In this document: positions 19,287-24,006 of the stretch, piece after piece
Layout: each line of letters opens with the position of its first letter
Numbering within the stretch: the first letter of the stretch is position 1
Source of the DNA: a virus
Reading direction: 5' to 3' (one strand)
UHGV virus genome: UHGV-1462358
Length of the DNA: 24,006 nucleotides
Notes under the pieces: generated by a model
Databases searched by the model: none
The model's input: the letters and a program-made list of their open reading frames with translations, nothing else
What the model was told of the DNA's origin: nothing
Program-made: the position numbers and the translations under genes

Positions 19287-19960
19287 TGGCCGAATTTGGC
19301 GCGATGATATTAATGGACAACGGGAACCCATTTGTAACGCCCCAGTCAACGCCTTTTTGTCTTTACGGCAAGTACACTTTCAACTCCTCTGCTAATGGCA
19401 GTTCGCAGCAGGTTGCTCAGAATATTGCATTAAATGCTGACTACCCTGTGATGGTATTTATCAGGACCACAAATACCGCCCAGCCCACGCCAGTAATATC
19501 TTACCGGAACGGAGGAAATGTATATGTCGCGGGGGTTAATCCCTATAACAAGAGCTTCACGTTAACCGCATATATATTTGCCATATTTCCCCAGACGTTA
19601 CCGAAATGGGGGATGGCCATCTGGGATGCGGCAGGAAAGCTGGTGCTCACTAATGAGTCCCGGGTGTTGTCCGACCTACAGACAATTGGAACGCCTGGCG
19701 CAAACGGAGGGATAAATATCGATCAGACACTTAGCGGGCCATGGGCTGTTGCACCTGCACAGCTTGGCCAAAGCATCGTTGTGAATAACTCAACCCAGCC
19801 TCCGACAATCTACACCATTAATGCTTATTCGGCGTGCAGGTTTGACGGGGCCAATACGAGGATAAACGCAGGGGGGACCTCCACTGGCACAGGCTCTCCG
19901 GTAGGGGTAACGAATACTGGAATTTCCTTAACCGCGATAAATACAGCGGCCTATGACTGA
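19286..19960 (+). CDS. Hypothetical protein containing two tandem copies of the domain found in the preceding ORF
   Basis: 224 aa. Start overlaps the previous stop (TAATG). Motif copies at the N-terminus (GAMILMDNGNP) and mid-protein (GMAIWDAAGK) match YGIQTWDASGKP of the upstream ORF. Confidence 0.6.
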   Translation: MAEFGAMILMDNGNPFVTPQSTPFCLYGKYTFNSSANGSSQQVAQNIALNADYPVMVFIRTTNTAQPTPVISYRNGGNVYVAGVNPYNKSFTLTAYIFAIFPQTLPKWGMAIWDAAGKLVLTNESRVLSDLQTIGTPGANGGINIDQTLSGPWAVAPAQLGQSIVVNNSTQPPTIYTINAYSACRFDGANTRINAGGTSTGTGSPVGVTNTGISLTAINTAAYD

Positions 19961-20000
19961 TTGATCGTTTTGGGCGATCAATAACTGATAATTGATCTAT
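19961..20000 (+). promoter_or_regulatory. Inverted-repeat, GATC-rich putative operator/promoter region upstream of the lipoprotein moron
   Basis: TTGATCG-N7-CGATCAA (19961-19981) and an AT-rich ATAATTGAT-N7-ATCAATTAT repeat just downstream. Three GATC sites lie within about 35 bp. Confidence 0.3.
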
Positions 20001-20071
20001 CAAATCAATTATACCCACCTCTTTCATGTTGGTATTGTCTAAGTTCATGAATACCTCTGGATATCATCAAA

Positions 20072-20305
20072 ATGATTAAGCTTCTTATCGGTATGGCTTG
20101 CGCTGCCATGCTTTCAGGTTGCGCTGGTGTACTTGAGAAACAGGAACCGATTTGCAGCGGCACGGCATATATGGGTGGCCATGAGAATACCGTTATGATT
20201 TACGCCGTTCGAAAGCAAAACAACCAGACGCAATACCGGGCCGGATATCCCTTTAACTGGCGCTGGGTAAGTGCGAACACATTCACAAGCACGACATGTA
20301 AATAA
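20072..20305 (+). CDS. Small outer-membrane lipoprotein moron; putative Cor/Llp-like superinfection-exclusion protein
   Basis: 77 aa. Signal peptide MIKLLIGMACAAMLSGC with lipobox L-S-G-C. Located 3' of the receptor-binding genes and flanked by its own terminator. The Cor/Llp assignment rests on size, lipobox and position only. Confidence 0.6.
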   Translation: MIKLLIGMACAAMLSGCAGVLEKQEPICSGTAYMGGHENTVMIYAVRKQNNQTQYRAGYPFNWRWVSANTFTSTTCK

Positions 20306-20325
20306 CTCATGACTTTCAATGCAAA

Positions 20326-20347
20326 CCTCGCCTCGGCGGGGTTTTTT
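20326..20347 (+). terminator. Intrinsic terminator after the lipoprotein gene
   Basis: GC-rich hairpin (CCTCGCC/GGCGGGG arms) followed by TTTTTT at 20342-20347, 21 nt after the stop at 20305. Confidence 0.6.
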
Positions 20348-20363
20348 ATTGCCTGGAGAAAAT

Positions 20364-21473
20364 ATGCTTTATAACACAGGAACTATCTCTATTAACGGAA
20401 ATACCGCAACCGGATCCGGTACAAACTGGACTGCACCGGCCAGCCAGGTTCGCGCTGGCCAGACGATTATTGTCATGTCTAACCCGGTTCAGATGTTCCA
20501 GATTTCATCCGTGAATAGCGCCACGTCAATGACGGTAACGCCTGCTGCATCACCGGCGCTGAGCGGCCAGAAGTACGGCATTCTGGTATCAGACAATATC
20601 TCGGTTGATGGGCTGGCGCTGGCCATGTCGCAGCTTATCAAGGAGTATGACGAGAATATTGGTGCGTGGGAGACGTTCGCCACAACCTCAGCCAACCAGA
20701 ACATTACCGTTACGATCAATGGCACCAGTTTATCAATCCCGGCTCTTGGGAAATTACTGCAGAAGGGGAGCAACGGAGCTTTGCCGGTTAATCAAGGTGG
20801 TACCGGCGCAACGAATGCCGCAGACGCTCGCACAAACCTTGGTTTAGGAAGTAGTGCGACAAAGGATGTCGGAACTGCGGCAGGGAATGTTATGCAGGTG
20901 GGAGCTTTTGGGGTTGGTGCTGCTCTCCAAAATAAGCCCACAGATGCCAGTTCATCCTTCATCAGTGATGCTGCTGGCAATACTCTGTGGGCTCCTGCGA
21001 ATGGCTGTGGGTTTCAGAGTTCCTACACCGAGCAGCGAATTGCGCAGCTGTGGATTACTTACGGTGGTGCGATATTCAGCCGTTTTCTAACAACCACTGA
21101 TGACCCTCAAACACCAAAATCATCAGTGCCGTGGGCGCAGCTGCAGTCTGCAGGTACATCGGACATAAATTTCAAGAAGGTTACTGGAGAACTTAATTTA
21201 GAAGTGTCTCTGGCCAACATCGTGGCAATGGATTTTAAGACCTTCTACTACCTTGCTGATGAAGAGAAAACGATACGCCGAGGTGTTGTTGCTCAGGAAC
21301 TGGAAAAGATAGATCCGCAATATGTTCACTCGGCTGAGGAGTCGGGGAAAATGACCCTAGACCTCAATCCTCTGGTGCTCGATGCGCTGGCGGCAATCAA
21401 AGAGCTGGCAATCCGCGTCAGCGCATTAGAGGGCGACGCTAAATCTCCGGCTTCTGGCTCATCCGCTGGTTAA
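20364..21473 (+). CDS. Side tail fibre protein: constant N-terminal part (to ~20840) fused to the variable part currently in the expressed orientation; C-terminal intramolecular chaperone-like (peptidase S74-type) domain
   Basis: ATG at 20364 with GGAGA RBS; the track's 20319 start runs through the terminator hairpin. GGTGATNAADARTNLGLGSSAT hinge motif is typical of phage tail fibres. C-terminal ...FKTFYYLADEE..GVVAQELEKIDPQYV...LVLDALAAIKELAIRVSALE fits the self-cleaving chaperone domain pattern. Confidence 0.75.
   Translation: MLYNTGTISINGNTATGSGTNWTAPASQVRAGQTIIVMSNPVQMFQISSVNSATSMTVTPAASPALSGQKYGILVSDNISVDGLALAMSQLIKEYDENIGAWETFATTSANQNITVTINGTSLSIPALGKLLQKGSNGALPVNQGGTGATNAADARTNLGLGSSATKDVGTAAGNVMQVGAFGVGAALQNKPTDASSSFISDAAGNTLWAPANGCGFQSSYTEQRIAQLWITYGGAIFSRFLTTTDDPQTPKSSVPWAQLQSAGTSDINFKKVTGELNLEVSLANIVAMDFKTFYYLADEEKTIRRGVVAQELEKIDPQYVHSAEESGKMTLDLNPLVLDALAAIKELAIRVSALEGDAKSPASGSSAG
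20827..20852. repeat. Left recombination site (gix/hix-like 26-bp site) of the invertible segment
   Basis: CTCGCACAAACC-TT-GGTTTAGGAAGT: dyad-symmetric AAACC-NN-GGTTT centre, as in hix/gix sites as recalled. Inner half matches the inner half of the right site at 10 of 12 positions. Confidence 0.6.
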
Positions 21474-22228
21474 ACAGTGAATCTGCGGGCATATCCAAGC
21501 GAACATCGATCCAGCTGTTCGCCGGTACGTCCATCGGTTCACCTTTGGTTTTGATGATTTCACCTTCATCGCTCAGGATGTATTTGCGTTTATACAGACG
21601 GATAGTCAGCCCACCGCTATCGGTTTGCTCTGCCTCAACTACACCCAGTTCCCCCATGCCGCCAGGGTCCATTGGGGGAAGTAACTGCCATCCCTCAGAC
21701 GCCAGGCCTGCCGAACCTGTGAGAACATAAACGCCGACATCAAGCCGTGAAATAGTAATGCCCTCAGCCTCGGCATTCGCCGCACCGCAGCCGCACCAGG
21801 TAAAACCATCCTCCGCTATATCAGCACGCTGGCACTCATCCTTGCTCGTTACAATTCGTGCCACGGGGGAGGCAGCTTTGATAGTGCCGTCACTGGCTTT
21901 TGTCGTATTAGCTGTATGGTAAAATTCATACCATTTACCTGCTGTTCCGCCTATAACCTGGCTAAACATTTTTCTCCCGACAGGCCCACTTAGCCAGCAC
22001 TCAAAGGTGCCGTAATTTGGGCTTCGGTTCATCCAGACACCGTAGCCCGCATCATTAGTTGGCAGGCCGTTGCCGGAACCAGAGGCAATGTTATAAAAGC
22101 CATTTAATCTCGCGTTTTCGTAACGGTTTTGTTCGGCAGGGGCAACAACACCCAAGCCCAAATCCCCTACAGAAAGTATATCGCCAGATGAGCTGTACGC
22201 GTTCCTTGTAGCGCTGCTTCCCAAACCA
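20840..22228. mobile_element. About 1.4 kb invertible DNA segment (Mu G / P1 C / e14 P-type) carrying two convergent alternative tail-fibre C-terminal coding regions
   Basis: Bounded by inverted gix-like sites with identical TT core dinucleotides in inverted orientation. Both cores fall at codon positions 2-3 in the respective reading frames. A Gin/Pin-family invertase gene lies immediately adjacent. Confidence 0.6.
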
Positions 22229-22229
22229 A
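21439..22229 (-). CDS. Alternative tail-fibre C-terminal segment (currently in non-expressed orientation; no start codon of its own within the segment)
   Basis: Minus-strand ORF encoding ...NVGLGSSATRNAYSS..., sharing the (N)xGLGSSAT junction motif with the + strand fibre. It overlaps the + fibre 3' end convergently by 35 bp. The track's GTG start at 22272 lies outside the segment and is probably fortuitous. Confidence 0.6.
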
Positions 22230-22241
22230 CGTTTAATAGAT
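22216..22241. repeat. Right recombination site (gix/hix-like) of the invertible segment
   Basis: GCTTCCCAAACC-AA-CGTTTAATAGAT on the + strand. Its reverse complement ATCTATTAAACG-TT-GGTTTGGGAAGC aligns with the left site. Confidence 0.55.
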
Positions 22242-22305
22242 TGCCACGGGCCGGCCTGGCCGATAACTTCACCTGATTTTTTTGCAGAATTTATTGGGTG
22301 AAAAA

Positions 22306-22861
22306 TATGCAAATTGGCTATGTCAGAGTGTCAACAAATGACCAAAATACAGATCTCCAGCGCCAATCTCTCGAACGCGCAGGATGTGAACAGGTTTTTG
22401 AAGAAAAAATGAGCGGGACGGTAGCGAACCGGCCAGCGCTCAAAAAGCTTCTGCGGACTCTGAATGCGGGCGATACACTGGTGGTGTGGAAACTAGATCG
22501 CCTCGGGCGAAGCATGCGAAATTTAGTGCTGCTGGTGGACGAACTCCGACAGCGGGGCATTCACTTTAAGAGCCTCACGGACAGCATTGATACATCAAGT
22601 CCAATGGGGCGTTTTATATTTCACATCATGTCAGCGCTGGCGGAAATGGAAAGAGAGTTAATCGTCGAACGCACCCGGGCTGGATTAGCGGCGGCGCGGG
22701 AAAAAGGGCGAATAGGTGGCAGACGTCCAAAATTAACTCCCGAGCAATGGGCACAGGCTGGGAGATTAATATTAAACGGCGTGGATAGAAAACAAGTGGC
22801 AATAATTTATGATGTCGCTGTATGCACGCTTTATAAAAAATTTCCGGTGGGACAGGCTTAA
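22306..22861 (+). CDS. Serine recombinase, DNA invertase (Gin/Hin/Pin/Cin family)
   Basis: MQIGYVRVSTNDQNTDLQR... with catalytic Ser in the VRVSTNDQ motif. TLVVWKLDRLGRS, SLTDSIDTSSPMGRF and the C-terminal HTH (KQVAIIYDVAVCTLYKKFP) are near-identical to Gin/Hin as recalled. ATG at 22306 preferred over the track's GTG at 22298. Confidence 0.9.
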
Positions 22862-22903
22862 ATGATTGAAGGGCAGCTGCTAGATGGGCTGCCCGTCAAA
22901 GTA

Positions 22904-23167
22904 TTATCCATTCTGCCGTACAGTTGGAAATTCAGACGTCAGCCACATGTCAGATTCATCAAACATTTCCTCCAGCATACGGTTCAGCTTTTCCCGATCA
23001 CTTTTGCTGGCATCACTATTTAAGCCGTTCGCCTGCATCGGCTTTACCTTCACTTCGGCATCAGGAAAAATCTGGTGCACCCGCTTCGTTAGTTCAGCCA
23101 GGATGATCTCTCTGGCCCCTTGGAGCCCCTCAACATTTCGCTTGTCATAAACCAGTTCAACAAACAT
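22904..23167 (-). CDS. DinI-family protein (SOS-inducible, RecA-modulating)
   Basis: Internal ATG at 23167 with GAGAGGA RBS gives an 88-aa product. The C-terminal LEEMFDESDMWL resembles the DinI C-terminus (...WESADDWF). A LexA box lies 57 nt upstream. The track's 160-aa version starts beyond the promoter and is rejected. Confidence 0.7.
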   Translation of the reverse strand: MFVELVYDKRNVEGLQGAREIILAELTKRVHQIFPDAEVKVKPMQANGLNSDASKSDREKLNRMLEEMFDESDMWLTSEFPTVRQNG

Positions 23168-23223
23168 ACGGATCCTCTCATAAGTGAAAATTGCCTGTGC
23201 TTGATCTGTTTTCATAAAAATAC

Positions 23224-23243
23224 TACTGTATATACATACAGTC
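23224..23243. promoter_or_regulatory. LexA operator (SOS box) in the divergent promoter region
   Basis: TACTGTATATACATACAGTC matches the CTGT-N8-ACAG consensus (TACTGTATATATATACAGTA) at 18 of 20 positions. A candidate -35 TTGACT overlaps it on the minus strand. Confidence 0.8.
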
Positions 23244-23266
23244 AATAAGCAAGTGAGGGTGCGTTC

Positions 23267-23506
23267 ATGCCTCGTCAACCGGATATTCGTGCTGCTTTTA
23301 TTGCGGCCATACAGCAAAACCCGAAGGGCTATCTCTGCCTGCATACAGACAGATTCATCGCTGAACTGCAGGAGAGGCACTGGCATTTCAGCCAGGCAGA
23401 TGCAAATTCATGGATCGAACGATACCAGCCAGACTTCGCCGATAAGACGACAAACGGAAGTGAGAACCGATACTGGATCCTGCGTAACATGGGGAGGGTT
23501 TTCTAA
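23267..23506 (+). CDS. Hypothetical protein (79 aa), first gene of LexA-box-proximal operon
   Basis: ATG at 23267 with GAGGG 7 nt upstream. Stop overlaps the next start (TAATG). No family recognised. Confidence 0.5.
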   Translation: MPRQPDIRAAFIAAIQQNPKGYLCLHTDRFIAELQERHWHFSQADANSWIERYQPDFADKTTNGSENRYWILRNMGRVF

Positions 23507-23826
23507 TGGGGTTTCCATCGCCAGCCATGGATTACCAGGAGCAGCGCATGACAATAGATGTTATCTGCGGTGTAGATAACAACTGCCGGGTTATTGAAAC
23601 TTCATGCGGCTGGGCCGTTATAAACGTCAGTCTTAAGCCAGAAGGAGGGGATACGTTGCTGGTTAGCATGGACGGGAGAAACCAGTTCGTGAAGCTAATG
23701 GGCCACGCGCTGATCACTCAAGATGGTGAAGCGATAGAAGGGGAAGCTTTGAATGACGTAACGGTACACGGCGTTCTTACACATACACTTAACCAAGTTA
23801 AAGACGATAAATCGCCTGTAATGTAG
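23506..23826 (+). CDS. Hypothetical protein (106 aa), second gene of the operon
   Basis: Translationally coupled to the upstream ORF. Followed by a terminator at 23892-23920. No family recognised; alternative internal starts are possible. Confidence 0.45.
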   Translation: MGFPSPAMDYQEQRMTIDVICGVDNNCRVIETSCGWAVINVSLKPEGGDTLLVSMDGRNQFVKLMGHALITQDGEAIEGEALNDVTVHGVLTHTLNQVKDDKSPVM

Positions 23827-23891
23827 CGTGTAAATGTCGGGAGTTATTCCCCCATTTTTCCCCAATGATTCCCCGTACAAATTTCAAACAT

Positions 23892-23920
23892 AAAAAAACC
23901 AGCCGTAAGAGGCTGGTTTT
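23892..23920. terminator. Bidirectional intrinsic terminator between the two-gene operon and the tRNA
   Basis: CCAGCC-GTAAGA-GGCTGG hairpin (23899-23916) flanked by A7 on the 5' side and T4 on the 3' side. It reads as a terminator on both strands. Confidence 0.7.
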
Positions 23921-23931
23921 CAATGTGTTTT

Positions 23932-24006
23932 TGGTCGGCACGAGAGGATTTGAACCTCCGACCCCCGACACCCCATGACGGTGCGCTACCAGGCTGCGCT
24001 ACGTGC
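23932..24006 (-). tRNA. tRNA-Pro (anticodon GGG), 5'-truncated by the window edge
   Basis: Reverse complement reads GCACGTAGCGCAGCCTGGTAGCGCACCGTCATGGGGTGTCGGGGGTCGGAGGTTCAAATCCTCTCGTGCCGACCA. It has D-arm, anticodon loop AUGGGGU (GGG), T-arm GGTTCAAATCC and 3' CCA, and matches E. coli proL as recalled apart from 2 missing 5' nt. Confidence 0.85.

Noticed and set aside
18984-20305. Lambda lom, stf or tfa homologs directly after J
   Set aside because: None of the three ORFs after J resembles Lom (outer-membrane beta-barrel) or the lambda Stf/Tfa proteins as recalled. They are treated as distinct accessory genes.
20319-20363. Upstream ATG (20319) as the start of the side tail fibre
   Set aside because: The first 15 codons would run straight through the terminator hairpin and U-run of the preceding moron. 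ATG at 20364 has a GGAGA Shine-Dalgarno and gives a typical fibre N-terminus.
22230-22272. GTG start at 22272 for the minus-strand fibre segment
   Set aside because: It lies outside the inferred invertible segment. The segment is more plausibly expressed only after inversion fuses it to the constant N-terminus.
22298-22305. GTG at 22298 as invertase start
   Set aside because: Gin/Hin-family invertases begin M-x-IGY(V/I)RVST; ATG at 22306 gives exactly this.
23168-23386. Extended 160-aa version of the minus-strand dinI-like ORF
   Set aside because: The extension would start upstream of the LexA box and promoter and encodes a Cys/Leu-rich peptide with no resemblance to DinI. The internal ATG at 23167 has a strong RBS.
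23253-23579. 108-aa + strand ORF overlapping the two small LexA-proximal genes in another frame
   Set aside because: Arg/Cys-rich translation that overlaps two better-supported, translationally coupled ORFs.

Overview
This window is the late (morphogenetic) arm of a lambda-like siphovirus prophage from an enterobacterial host, followed by an accessory region and the edge of a tRNA gene. Positions 1-31 are an untrimmed Illumina adapter; real sequence starts inside the cosB region. From 153 to 18982 the + strand carries a near-complete, lambda-syntenic packaging/head/tail operon: Nu1, A, W, B, C (with nested Nu3), D, E, FI, FII, Z, U, V, G and the G-T frameshift product, H, M, L, K, I, J. All calls rest on my recollection of lambda proteins and gene order; no search was run. 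Downstream of J lies the part most worth attention: two coupled unknown genes built from a repeated ~100-aa domain; a small lipoprotein moron (Cor/Llp-like by size and position only) with its own terminator; a side tail-fibre gene whose C-terminal half sits inside a ~1.4 kb Pin/Gin-type invertible segment with an alternative C-terminus on the opposite strand; the serine invertase gene; a dinI-like gene on the minus strand; a strong LexA box shared with a divergent two-gene operon of unknown function; a bidirectional terminator; and a 5'-truncated tRNA-Pro(GGG) on the minus strand. The ORF track uses GTG/TTG as starts, so several track starts were corrected to ATG codons with Shine-Dalgarno support.
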